Positions 41,973 through 51,732 of a stretch of 64,000 nucleotides of DNA are shown here, in pieces (positions within the stretch are counted from its first letter, which is position 1; each line of letters opens with the position of its first letter). The stretch covers positions 22,955 through 86,954 of the forward strand of contig CAJPNZ010000002.1 in assembly GCA_905372155.1 (NCBI GenBank). Reading direction: 5' to 3'. The DNA comes from Propionibacteriaceae bacterium (lineage in GTDB: Bacteria > Actinomycetota > Actinomycetes > Propionibacteriales > Propionibacteriaceae). The notes below the pieces were generated by a model. The model searched no databases. It had not been told where the DNA came from and worked only from the letters and a program-made list of their open reading frames with translations. The position numbers and the translations under genes were made by a program.

Positions 41973-43031
41973 GTGGACGCTGACACTACGAGGCCGACGC
42001 TTGCCCGGGCCCAGGGTCACTGCCCACGGGCCTTCCTCTGGGGTCTGCTTCTCGCAACTGCCTTGGTCATCAGCGCAGTCACCACCATCAGCATCGGCGT
42101 CGTCTCCATCCCGCTCCACGAGGTGTGGGACGTGCTCCTCGGCAACCTAACGGCAGCTCCTGACGCGCTGAGTTCAAAAAATGCAGTGATCATCTGGAAC
42201 GTGCGCACACCACGGATGCTGCTGGCCCTCCTGGTCGGGGCTGGCCTTTCAGTAGCCGGAGTAGCGATCCAGGGCGTGCTTCGCAACGTCTTGGCCGACC
42301 CCTATCTCATCGGCATTTCATCGGGCGCATCGACAGGTGCAGCTTTGGTGCTCCTAGGATTCGCTTCAGCCACATCCTTGTCCCTGACAGTCGGTGCCTA
42401 CCTTGGATCCTTGGCGGCAATTCTCTTGGTATTCGGAATCGCTCGCAGCGGAGGCTCAATCACTTCAGAACGATTCATTTTCGCCGGAATAATTGTTGGC
42501 TTCGCCATGACCGCCTTGACGAATTTGCTTATATTCCTCTCAGGCAGCGATCATGGCGCCCGCTCGGTGATGTTCTGGATGCTCGGGTCATTGAATTTGG
42601 CAAACTGGGATTCCTTGTTAATACCATTCTTGGCCCTGCTCGTCACCCTCACGCTCATGATACTTTGGGGGCGCAAGTTCGACGCTATATCCATAGGCGA
42701 TGACACCGCCCGGACACTCGGCACGAATCCCGATCATTTCCGGACGCTCTCACTTGCGATCATAGCCGCGTGCGTAGCCACCTTGGTTGCGGTTTCAGGA
42801 GCCATCGGCTTTCTGGGACTAGTGGTTCCACACATCAGTCGACGCATGGTCGGCGCTACGCACCGCGGAGTTTTCGTCATATCGGCTCTGCTCGGCTCGG
42901 TACTACTCATGTGGTCCGATGCTTTGGCCCGCACCATGTTCCAACCCAAAGAACTTCCCATCGGAGTGCTCACCGCCTTACTTGGGACCCCACTCCTTTT
43001 GTTCCTGATGCGTCGGCTATACGCAAAATAG
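41973..43031 (+). CDS. FecCD-family metal-chelate ABC permease
   Basis: RTPRMLLALLVGAGLSVAG..QGVLRNVLADPYLIGISSGA, GAIGFLGLVVPH, ELPIGVLTALLG. Confidence 0.93.
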   Translation: MDADTTRPTLARAQGHCPRAFLWGLLLATALVISAVTTISIGVVSIPLHEVWDVLLGNLTAAPDALSSKNAVIIWNVRTPRMLLALLVGAGLSVAGVAIQGVLRNVLADPYLIGISSGASTGAALVLLGFASATSLSLTVGAYLGSLAAILLVFGIARSGGSITSERFIFAGIIVGFAMTALTNLLIFLSGSDHGARSVMFWMLGSLNLANWDSLLIPFLALLVTLTLMILWGRKFDAISIGDDTARTLGTNPDHFRTLSLAIIAACVATLVAVSGAIGFLGLVVPHISRRMVGATHRGVFVISALLGSVLLMWSDALARTMFQPKELPIGVLTALLGTPLLLFLMRRLYAK

Positions 43032-43063
43032 AAACGGTAATCATTCTTAACGGAAAGAGTATA

Positions 43064-44089
43064 ATGAGCAAGTTCAACAAATTCTCCCTCACTCTCTTGT
43101 GCAGTGCCACGCTGACGATCACCACGATGACCGCCTGCTCAGCAGGAAACAGCAACACCAGCACCTCACAGGAACAGGGTGGGACGGGGAGCGGCACGGG
43201 TTTCCCGATGGAAATTGATAACTGTGGTCAGAAACTCGTAGTGGAAAAGCGTCCAGAAAAGGTTTTGACCATCGGGGCCGATCCGCTCGCCCAAATGTCC
43301 GCAGCAGGAGCAGGAGACAAAGTTGTGTCCTATTCAGCTCTGCTCGGGATGGAACTCCCCGAGCTCCCGGGGGTGACCGCCAAGGAACTGACCAGCGAGG
43401 ACCCGAGTACCGAGCAGATCCTCAGCACTGGGGCCGATTTCTTGGTTGCCAATGCCTACCTCAACACCGACCCAAAAACCCTGAAGGGGAACGGCATCAC
43501 TTCATGGGTGCCGTCAAGCGCGTGCGACCACTTGGTTGCCTCCAGCGGCGAAAAAGCTGAAGGAACCGTCTCAGACAAGCCGGCCCTCACGAAGGTTCAA
43601 GATGATCTGAAAACAATGGGCCGGTTGTTCGGCACCAGCGAAACGGCTGATAAAGCAGCAGATGACCTCATGACCCGAGTGAAAAAGATCGCCGATCAGA
43701 ATCCCGGGAAAGGTCGAAGCGTCGCCCTCTTGTACTACTTCGATGGCAAGTCTGCGCTGGGAGCCATCGGAGATGGCGGAATTCCGGCAGAGTTTGCAAA
43801 GAACTTGGGACTGAAGAACGTGTTCGCCGACCAGAAAGAAACCTGGATCAATGACGTGTCTTGGGAATCCGTTCTTCAAAAGGACCCCGACATCATCCTT
43901 CTCATCACCGAGATGACGCCCGGAATGGATTTCGAGAAAAACAAGGAGCGCCTGTTGGCCGAGAAAGGGGTAGACCATCTCAAGGCTGTCAAGAACGATT
44001 CCTTCATTCAGATGAAGTATCAACAAGGCATCGCTGCCCCCTCGTCCGTTGAAGGACTCGAGAGCTTGGCGGGACAGTTGAACCAGTGA
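43064..44089 (+). CDS. Metal-chelate ABC substrate-binding lipoprotein
   Basis: Lipobox MTAC; FPMEIDNCG, PEKV, VSWESVLQKDPDII. True start is the ATG at 43064. Confidence 0.9.
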   Translation: MSKFNKFSLTLLCSATLTITTMTACSAGNSNTSTSQEQGGTGSGTGFPMEIDNCGQKLVVEKRPEKVLTIGADPLAQMSAAGAGDKVVSYSALLGMELPELPGVTAKELTSEDPSTEQILSTGADFLVANAYLNTDPKTLKGNGITSWVPSSACDHLVASSGEKAEGTVSDKPALTKVQDDLKTMGRLFGTSETADKAADDLMTRVKKIADQNPGKGRSVALLYYFDGKSALGAIGDGGIPAEFAKNLGLKNVFADQKETWINDVSWESVLQKDPDIILLITEMTPGMDFEKNKERLLAEKGVDHLKAVKNDSFIQMKYQQGIAAPSSVEGLESLAGQLNQ

Positions 44090-44898
44090 ATCCGTTGACC
44101 CTGGAAAATATCCGTTTCCGGTATTCATCGCATTCGAAGGGCGTCGTCCGCGACATCCTCAAGGACGTCACCCTTGACGTACCTGCCGGTAAGACGTTCG
44201 GGTTGATCGGCCCGAACGGTTCCGGGAAATCCACCCTGCTCCGGTGCATATACCGAGCGCTCCGCCCCCAGGGCGGTAGGATTTTTCTACTAGGGCAGGA
44301 GGTCCAGCGGTACACATCCAAGAGCCTGTCGCGCGAAGTTGCGGTGGCAGTCCAGCAGGAGGAGGTCTCGGTACCCCTCACAACGATGGAGTACATACTC
44401 CTTGGCCGCTCCGCGGTAACCTCCGCATGGAGATCTTACTCGGTCAATGATCGTTCACGAGCAGAAAAAGCCATTCGAGACTTCGGCCTGGAAAACATGA
44501 AAAATCAGTCAGTTCTTGAACTATCAGGTGGTGAATGCAAACGCGCCATGTTGGCACGCACCTTGATTCAGGACACACCCGTTCTGCTGCTCGATGAACC
44601 GACAAATCATCTTGATATCCGATTCCAACATCAGATCCTCCGGCTAGTAAAATCCTTGGAAAAGACCAGCGTCATTGTTCTGCATGACCTCAACCTGGCG
44701 GCCAGGTACTGCGATTACCTAGCACTGCTGGATAATGGCGAGCTCGTTGCTGTTGGGGCGGCCGAAGAAATTTTGACACCAGAATTACTGGAACCAGTTT
44801 ACGGATTGGACGTTCACTGCATGGACATAAACGGACACCTCCAACTCCTCATGGCCCCTCAAGAAGAAGATTCGACTATTTTCCCAAGAGTCTCATGA
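44086..44898 (+). CDS. FecE-like ABC ATP-binding protein
   Basis: GPNGSGKST, LSGGE, LLLDEPTNHLD, LHDLNLAARYCD. Confidence 0.93.
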   Translation: MNPLTLENIRFRYSSHSKGVVRDILKDVTLDVPAGKTFGLIGPNGSGKSTLLRCIYRALRPQGGRIFLLGQEVQRYTSKSLSREVAVAVQQEEVSVPLTTMEYILLGRSAVTSAWRSYSVNDRSRAEKAIRDFGLENMKNQSVLELSGGECKRAMLARTLIQDTPVLLLDEPTNHLDIRFQHQILRLVKSLEKTSVIVLHDLNLAARYCDYLALLDNGELVAVGAAEEILTPELLEPVYGLDVHCMDINGHLQLLMAPQEEDSTIFPRVS

Positions 44899-45760
44899 TG
44901 TTTGAAGCCATCCGATTCTCAGGGCAGCCAGTGACTGCAAGTCTAACGCGGGCATAGCACCCTTTTCCGCATCGACGCCGACACCGCAGGGCGATGCTAT
45001 GGGGTCGTAGTAACAGTGCTTGTCAGGGAGGGGGCAGTCGCTGCGGCGTATGTTGCACGCTTGCGGAACCGAGCGACTATCGCGAAGGAAACGGCAGGAA
45101 AGATGCTCGCTGCGGCAGACCACGGATCTGATCGTGTGGATCGGTGTCGAGGGTCTACCCGGAGGAATAACACCACACATGACGGGAAGTGCGAGCATCA
45201 GCCCGTGCAGCGAATCGATGCAAACGCACCTGAAACGCACGACCCTGACCGAAAAGCCCGCAAGATCGATGCCGCATCGGATCCCCAAAAGTTCCGGATG
45301 CAGGTAGACCCCGAAACGTTCCAAGACACCCCGTCAAATCGCCACGGGAACCCCAAGATAGGACTGGCGATGGCAGCCCAAGAAACCACTGTAGAGGATC
45401 CCCCAACAACTCGAGAAAAGCAGCTTGATCGTTCCAGGAACTTCGTCCACACATTAGAGTTTCCATGTCCTCGTGGCCAAGGAAAGATCTGGCTCGCCTC
45501 GCAGGAGGCATGCCTATGGCCCAAGTATTCCCGGAGACCATACTGCATCAGGCGCTGACACACATCACGCACCCGGAACCAATAAACCTCTTCCCTGATA
45601 AGCAGTATTTATTACCACGTCGCGTGGCACCGCTAAATTCTACAAGAACCAAAGTATATCCACAGCCACCCTCAAGTTCGCTTTGCAGAGGAGTTCGCTG
45701 ACCAACAGACTGCCTGTGAAGTAACTTCGCCCCTATCTTGCAACGTCTGTCGATGAGCCA

Positions 45761-47968
45761 TTATGCATGCGGCAAAGGCATTCGATTCATCCGAAATTCA
45801 TCTAGCGGGGATTCTCGCCATCCAAGTTCAACAGGAATATCAAATACCCTTCCCCGACCCAGCAGTGGGTATGCAGCAGCAGCATTTCCTAGCAGTCCGG
45901 GGATCAAGGCCCGCACCACGAAGATTCCGAGAGACTTCACATCTGGAGGGGTAATGTCAACAGAAATTATCTCGTACCCCCTTGCCTCAATCAAGGCACG
46001 ATACGACCTCAGACTACGTTCTTCCACGCATGCCACTGAGTTCAGATCAACGGTGGCTGGAGTGTCAATGAGATGCGCTACCCTCTTCTGGCTTCTAGGA
46101 TCCAGATAGATTTGTTGCTGCACCATAAGATCAGTACAGTCCGAGAAATCGGGTTTAAAATCATTCAAGTAACATCTATCATTTCGATAGGGTTTCATTG
46201 CCCCGGCAGGGATGATACCAGACTTAATTGCTTGAAGATGTTTGCTGTCAACCGTCAAAAGATCCCTCGACCCCTCTTGTAGGGTGATCGCTTCAGTCCA
46301 AGCCTTGAGCGCAGCATCTTTTAGATTGCTTCGAGCCGCAAAACCGATATTCAACAGTCGCGCTCTTCGCTCTCGAAGAATACCTGCAGCAACAGGAATA
46401 TCAAATTCATTGGGAAGCTGTATCAGGGAAGCGTCTTGGTCTTTACAGCCATCCCACAGGGCAGCAAGTTCTGCCGGAAGCTTAACACGATCAAGAACAG
46501 CGCCATTCAGCCACCACAGCATTGTTGCATGTCGCTCAACAAGCTCCTCAATCGCTGAGACGAGAGCAAATTCTCTAGTCGGGCCAGCTGCGACGCCAGC
46601 AAACGGAGAAATATGGATCAGCGGTTCGTGAATCCGCTCTCCCTTGCGCCAGTTCGTATAAACTAGAGAAGCTGGGACAAATATCTCTTCCTCAGTGGTT
46701 TCGCTCACCCCTTTGATCCAGGTAAGTTCGGTATCTCTCAAAAAAGGTTCCGCCGGAAAAGATGGGGCAGCATATTGAGCGTCTGAGTACAGAATCAGCG
46801 ATTCAGGTGAAACAGCCCTAAACCCTTGCCGACGCAAGCGCTCATAGGTAGAATGCACCGCAGAGCGCGTATCATGCATGTTAGCCGAATAACGTTCCGC
46901 TGTCTCACCCAATGCCGCCAGGCGCGCACTTTGTTCGTCATTCCAAGCAGACCCTTGGCAAGAAATTACGTTATCCCATTGGGAAATGCGATCCATACAG
47001 GCAACTTCTACCTGTATTGTCAGCAAGCTTGCTGGAATGCTCGCGTGATGCTCGATCCTACGTTCCCGTGTTATGATCCCGCACTCAGATGAAACCAAAT
47101 CCTCCAGACAATGTCGCTTACGAATTACGTCAGGATTGCGAGGAATTGGCAGAATCACATGATCTACCATCTCTCCTGTACCAATATGCATCTGACACAG
47201 CAGATCTGGAGCGCCCAAGACCCGCCCTATCGCTGTCGCAATTTTAGCCTTCCACTTCACCAAATCTGCAGGGATCGCCAGAATGTTCAAGGGTTGCTCA
47301 CGGAGAACGCGACCTATCATTTCGTGATCTGCAGCAGCGATTCTTCGCTCATGAAGATCTTGAAATTGAGCTCCCTCACCGGGTTTCACCAATGGCCCTA
47401 TCCACAGATGATCGCGTTCAACAGAAAGCGGAATCCAGTCCACACGAGCCTGAGTAGCCAAACGCCCAAAAAAGCCGAGACCAACATCATCAGCACTAGG
47501 CAGACATTGCAGAACGATGGCTTCGGCTTCTTTAGCAATGTCTAAAGTACGACCATATTCACCCAAGTAGATCGAGACGTCAAATTTTTCTGGAATAATT
47601 TCCCTAACCACCTGCGAGATCAAATTCGCCAAATCGCTATCGCCCGTGATGAGAACGTTGCGCGCGCCTGAAAGTTTCCCAAGAGAAATATCAACTTCAG
47701 AAGACGAAGAGACAGCACACCTTTCAGAAATTGCCTCCTTTTCAAGAATCCCCTCTTCAGCCTTTAGTAACTCATACAGAGGCCGCGAATCTTCACGCCA
47801 ACTTGACGGGAGAAGCGAATTAGGCTGTCCCGTGAACCATGCATCGATGATCCGAAAAAAATCTGCCACCCCAATGCTCAGGGAGTAGTGTTTCCCGTTC
47901 TTGAAGGAGAGCAGAGTATGGTGATCGGGAAGTGGGCGAACCTCAGCAACTAGTTCATGGGTTTTCAT
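45761..47968 (-). CDS. YcaO-family enzyme fused to an N-terminal E1-like/leader-binding (TOMM-type) region
   Basis: ATP-binding-type motifs ALGETAERYS, GVAAG, AIEELVERHA; VDITPPDV; Pro-rich C-terminus MPLPHA; N-half WIPL...IGPLVKPG. GAAAGGA RBS before the 47971/47968 starts. Confidence 0.92.
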   Translation of the reverse strand: MKTHELVAEVRPLPDHHTLLSFKNGKHYSLSIGVADFFRIIDAWFTGQPNSLLPSSWREDSRPLYELLKAEEGILEKEAISERCAVSSSSEVDISLGKLSGARNVLITGDSDLANLISQVVREIIPEKFDVSIYLGEYGRTLDIAKEAEAIVLQCLPSADDVGLGFFGRLATQARVDWIPLSVERDHLWIGPLVKPGEGAQFQDLHERRIAAADHEMIGRVLREQPLNILAIPADLVKWKAKIATAIGRVLGAPDLLCQMHIGTGEMVDHVILPIPRNPDVIRKRHCLEDLVSSECGIITRERRIEHHASIPASLLTIQVEVACMDRISQWDNVISCQGSAWNDEQSARLAALGETAERYSANMHDTRSAVHSTYERLRRQGFRAVSPESLILYSDAQYAAPSFPAEPFLRDTELTWIKGVSETTEEEIFVPASLVYTNWRKGERIHEPLIHISPFAGVAAGPTREFALVSAIEELVERHATMLWWLNGAVLDRVKLPAELAALWDGCKDQDASLIQLPNEFDIPVAAGILRERRARLLNIGFAARSNLKDAALKAWTEAITLQEGSRDLLTVDSKHLQAIKSGIIPAGAMKPYRNDRCYLNDFKPDFSDCTDLMVQQQIYLDPRSQKRVAHLIDTPATVDLNSVACVEERSLRSYRALIEARGYEIISVDITPPDVKSLGIFVVRALIPGLLGNAAAAYPLLGRGRVFDIPVELGWRESPLDEFRMNRMPLPHA

Positions 47969-47989
47969 CACGTTTCCTTTCATCTGGAA

Positions 47990-48025
47990 GCTGGTGGGGA
48001 CAGCCAGCCGGCCGTCCCCACCAGC
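47990..48025. terminator. Stem-loop between the precursor gene and ycaO
   Basis: Perfect 12-bp arms GCTGGTGGGGAC (47990-48001) and GTCCCCACCAGC (48014-48025); no U-tract. Confidence 0.75.
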
Positions 48026-48035
48026 CGTTCATCAC

Positions 48036-48125
48036 TCAGAAGGTAGTCTGATGATGGTGGCAATGAGGTGCCACAATCTGTCCACCGAGGTCGTTCTCAG
48101 TGATCTCGCTGATCCTGATGGCCAT
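48036..48125 (-). CDS. Putative RiPP precursor peptide MAIRISEITENDLGGQIVAPHCHHHQTTF (29 aa)
   Basis: Hand-translated; below the ORF-track cutoff. Purine-rich RBS GAAAGGGGGG ends 4 nt before the ATG. Co-oriented between the ABC gene and ycaO and followed by a hairpin. Confidence 0.8.
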   Translation of the reverse strand: MAIRISEITENDLGGQIVAPHCHHHQTTF

Positions 48126-48141
48126 GATTCCCCCCTTTCAT

Positions 48142-49974
48142 TCATTCCGATACCTTGGCCGCCTGCTGATTATCTTCACGCGGCCTCAATTGGTTGGCAA
48201 GAATCTCGGCGTATCGAGGATTCGCGCCAACCAAGTCTTTATGAGTACCAGCTTGAGCGATCACGCCATCATCTAGAAGCGCAATCATGTCAGCTCTTTC
48301 GATTGTACTCAATCTATGGGCTATGATCAACGTGGTACGCCCTCGCAGAAGGCTAGAGGTAGCGATGTTCAGTTCGAGTTCCAGCTCGGGATCCAGATGA
48401 GACACTGCTTCATCCATGACAACAACAGGAGAATCACGCAGGAATGCCTGTGCAAGATTCAAACGCTGTTTTTGTCCGCCAGACAAATTCGAGGCGCGTT
48501 CACCAAGCAAGGCGTCAAGCCCCTCTGGAAGCGCTTCGATCACCTCACGCAGCCTAGCCGCCTCCAGCGCTGACCACATCTGCTCATCAGTAGCATCAGG
48601 CGCTCCTAAAGAAAGGTTGTAGCGGACCGTACCACGAAACACATAAGGGCTTTGGCTTACCAAAGTCACGTAGTTACGCAGATCGTTCCTGGAAACCTCG
48701 CGTATATCTCGGTCACCTATTTGAATGGAACCACGATCCACATCCCAAAGTCTGAGGAGTAGGCTAGCAAGTGTTGTTTTCCCGGATCCGGACTGTCCCA
48801 CTAGGGCCACTGTCTTGCCGGGAGGGATCTCAAGATCAACTCCTCGAAGTACAGGCTTTCCCTCCGGGTAGGAGAAGTGAACATCCTTGAAACGGATGAA
48901 CGAATCATCTGATTCCATGAGCATCGGGATTGGATCCGGAACATCTGTAACGGTGGCGGGCGCGTCATTGATGAGTAGAAAACGAGCGGAGGCCGCAGCG
49001 ATCTCGCCCAGTTTTCTGAGCATTCCCGCCACCGATATCACAACTCGCAGAACTGCACTAATTCCAACTTGAATGATGGGTATCAGTATTAATGAGAGTC
49101 GACCATCCAAGTACTGCTGCAACATAATCAGAAGCATTCCGATGGTCAGCAGTGTCACCACAACATCTTCCATCGATTTCTCAAGACCTGACCGAAGAGC
49201 ATACGAACGATTCGCTCGCTGCACATGATCAGTGTTCTCCTGGGTTTCATGAACGAATTTTTCAGTGAGGCCGAGGCAAATAATATCTCGTATCCCTTGA
49301 ACGCCTTCCAATGAAGCTGCTTTAAGGTTTGAGAGGTTTTCACGCAGTCTAACTCCCTGCCGCATCTGAATGGGAAGAGTCAACAGAGGTAGCGCCAAGA
49401 TCACCCAAGCACCGGCCAACGGAAGCAATCCTGCAAGACCCAAGACCATGACCAGCGGAATTGTCAACAACATGGAAGTTACAAAAGACGCAATAATATC
49501 TGCAATAGTGTGCGCATAGAACCATTCAGTTGCTTCTAGATCAGCCATGGTTGCAGTTGCGAGGTCCCCGGTTCTACGTTTCTGCAAACCCGCTGGATTG
49601 ATCCGGGCAATTGCGCTGTAGATGTAAATCCTCAGACGGGCAATTATCTTGTATGACAGCAAATGAGCGTACCAGCTGTTGAGCCACATGAATACCCCAG
49701 CTCCCAGTACTGCTGCTCCAAGGCAAACAAAAATTGGAATCAGATGAGATCCAGCATCTACCTCGGAAACCATTTTCGTGACAGCCCAGGCACTGGCAGC
49801 AGAAACAAGTACAGCGGACAAGTGGTACAGCACCATAGTGATGAGTGTGACAGCAAACAGCCCTTTGAAGGGAGCAATGAACGGTACAAGACGAAAAATC
49901 GGAGCAAGAATCTTTCGATAGGTCAAGTTCGCGTCCGAAGAATCGAAATCAGTTCGAAGGTATGAATCGCTCAC
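48142..49974 (-). CDS. ABC transporter, fused TMD-NBD (subunit 2)
   Basis: TM domain, GQSGSGKTT, LSGGQKQR, VMDEA, IAHRLSTI. Confidence 0.93.
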   Translation of the reverse strand: MSDSYLRTDFDSSDANLTYRKILAPIFRLVPFIAPFKGLFAVTLITMVLYHLSAVLVSAASAWAVTKMVSEVDAGSHLIPIFVCLGAAVLGAGVFMWLNSWYAHLLSYKIIARLRIYIYSAIARINPAGLQKRRTGDLATATMADLEATEWFYAHTIADIIASFVTSMLLTIPLVMVLGLAGLLPLAGAWVILALPLLTLPIQMRQGVRLRENLSNLKAASLEGVQGIRDIICLGLTEKFVHETQENTDHVQRANRSYALRSGLEKSMEDVVVTLLTIGMLLIMLQQYLDGRLSLILIPIIQVGISAVLRVVISVAGMLRKLGEIAAASARFLLINDAPATVTDVPDPIPMLMESDDSFIRFKDVHFSYPEGKPVLRGVDLEIPPGKTVALVGQSGSGKTTLASLLLRLWDVDRGSIQIGDRDIREVSRNDLRNYVTLVSQSPYVFRGTVRYNLSLGAPDATDEQMWSALEAARLREVIEALPEGLDALLGERASNLSGGQKQRLNLAQAFLRDSPVVVMDEAVSHLDPELELELNIATSSLLRGRTTLIIAHRLSTIERADMIALLDDGVIAQAGTHKDLVGANPRYAEILANQLRPREDNQQAAKVSE

Positions 49975-51725
49975 GATTTCACCAGAGTTTCGTTAGCGGC
50001 TCTGTACATGGCGGCGTAGCGACCTCCACGATTCAGCAGGTCTGCATGCGTTCCCATTTCAATGATTTTACCGGAGTCCATCACAAGAATCTTATCCGCC
50101 GTCTCTACGATATTCAATCTATGAGTCACCATTAGCACGGTCATAGGCGTGCTATCACTGCGGCGTCTGTTCTCACGTATCTGATCGATCAAAGCATGCA
50201 CACGCGCCTCAGTTTCACCATCCAAGGATGATGTCGCCTCATCGAGCACCAGAACGGGGGTTTTCCGCAACAGCGCCCTGACTATGCAAAGACGCTGACG
50301 CTGTCCCCCGGAGAGCAACGCGCCTCGTTCCCCAACGTCGACTTCAAGAACATCGTTATCGGAAGGCGCTACCATGTCCAGCCCCAAGGCGGTCAAGTAT
50401 GTCTGCATTTCAGCTTCCTGAGCATCAGGCGCCACCAAGGTAAGATTGTCACGGACTGTCCCAGTGAATAGCACGGTATCCTGTGGAACCAAAGATATCA
50501 AACTGGTTCTCTCACCTTCGTCAAGAGCTCGGAGGTCTTCGCCACCGATGGTTATCGCCCCTTCCTGCGGATCTCCGAGACGAGAGAGAAGACCAAGCAC
50601 AGTAGATTTCCCACAACCTGATTCCCCCACAATAGCGATCTTTGCCCCCGGTTCGATCGTCAAAGAAAATTCATCGAGAATTTTGCGATCACTCCCCGGG
50701 TAGGAAAATGCGACATTTGAAAATATAATTTCGGGCTCCAATGATTTTTCGACTCCCTGCTTTTCAACAGTAGCCAGCGAAGGCATATTAAGAATCTCGA
50801 GAATGACTCCACCAGAGGCGCGTCCCATATAGCCAAAATGCCAGGCCGAGGCCAAATCCAAAAGTGGGCGAAATACTTCAAAACTCAAAAACAGTACCCA
50901 AAACACATCGCCAGCTGCCAGCGATCCCGAGGTTAATCTTATGGCAGCAATCACAAGAGTGATAGCAGGCCCCAGCATAACCACAAAAGCATTAATTCCC
51001 GATCTCAGCAAAGAAATCTTCATCTGCTGCATGGTGCTACGAAACAATCCTTGAGCCGTTTCATTCATCTCAGTTCGTCTGCGCTCTACGGCATTGTAGA
51101 GACTCAAGGTGGTCATGCCCTGCATAGAATCGATAACTTCGGAGTTCAGAGTATTGTACATCTCCCAGTTGTTGTACCCGCGGCGCGTAAGAGTACGATC
51201 CCACAGGGTCGGAATCAATGGGGCCATCCCGGCCGCGACCAAGGTGGCAAGACCAATAAGAGGATCAATTACTACCATCAGGATCCCGGTTATCACCATC
51301 ATTATCGCTGACACGAACAACTGCGTAACATAACGGCCGAAATAGGGTTCCAGATATTCCGATCCATCCGTCAGGCTGCTTTGGATAGATCCGCTCCGAT
51401 CCTTGGCTACCCTGAAAGGCCCCACATCACGTAGCTTACGAATCATCGAAGCTCGGACATCAGACTTTACGCGCGACCCGATTCGAAAGACATTTACTTC
51501 CCTTAGCAACAGCACAACAGGACGCAGCAACAGCACTATCCCCAAGGCGATAAGAAGTGATGGAATCCGGGTTAGATCACCAGTCACAAATAGCGTAGCG
51601 AAAACTACTGACAGCAAGTATGCCTGCATGACATACGTACCGTTGAGCATCAACCCGATGCCTACGCCAATACCTATGTCCATCCGGGCTGCACGCCCGA
51701 GGGAAACGATTCGAGGGATTCTCAT
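49971..51725 (-). CDS. ABC transporter, fused TMD-NBD (subunit 1)
   Basis: TM domain, GESGCGKST, LSGGQRQR, VLDEATSSLD, VTHRL. 4-bp overlap with the partner gene. Confidence 0.93.
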   Translation of the reverse strand: MRIPRIVSLGRAARMDIGIGVGIGLMLNGTYVMQAYLLSVVFATLFVTGDLTRIPSLLIALGIVLLLRPVVLLLREVNVFRIGSRVKSDVRASMIRKLRDVGPFRVAKDRSGSIQSSLTDGSEYLEPYFGRYVTQLFVSAIMMVITGILMVVIDPLIGLATLVAAGMAPLIPTLWDRTLTRRGYNNWEMYNTLNSEVIDSMQGMTTLSLYNAVERRRTEMNETAQGLFRSTMQQMKISLLRSGINAFVVMLGPAITLVIAAIRLTSGSLAAGDVFWVLFLSFEVFRPLLDLASAWHFGYMGRASGGVILEILNMPSLATVEKQGVEKSLEPEIIFSNVAFSYPGSDRKILDEFSLTIEPGAKIAIVGESGCGKSTVLGLLSRLGDPQEGAITIGGEDLRALDEGERTSLISLVPQDTVLFTGTVRDNLTLVAPDAQEAEMQTYLTALGLDMVAPSDNDVLEVDVGERGALLSGGQRQRLCIVRALLRKTPVLVLDEATSSLDGETEARVHALIDQIRENRRRSDSTPMTVLMVTHRLNIVETADKILVMDSGKIIEMGTHADLLNRGGRYAAMYRAANETLVKS

Positions 51726-51732
51726 GGCATTC

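Noticed and set aside
45016..45558. 180-aa and overlapping ORFs in the island gap
   Set aside because: No recognisable motifs, RBS or consistent frame; not called as genes.
48036..48125. Precursor begins MAIRI, reminiscent of methanobactin MbnA leaders
   Set aside because: The rest of the leader is acidic rather than basic, and no MbnB/MbnC-like genes are present; the modifying enzyme is a YcaO.
47994..48326. 110-aa plus-strand ORF over the precursor region
   Set aside because: Antisense to the operon and overlapping the ABC gene; the minus-strand 29-aa ORF has the RBS and context.
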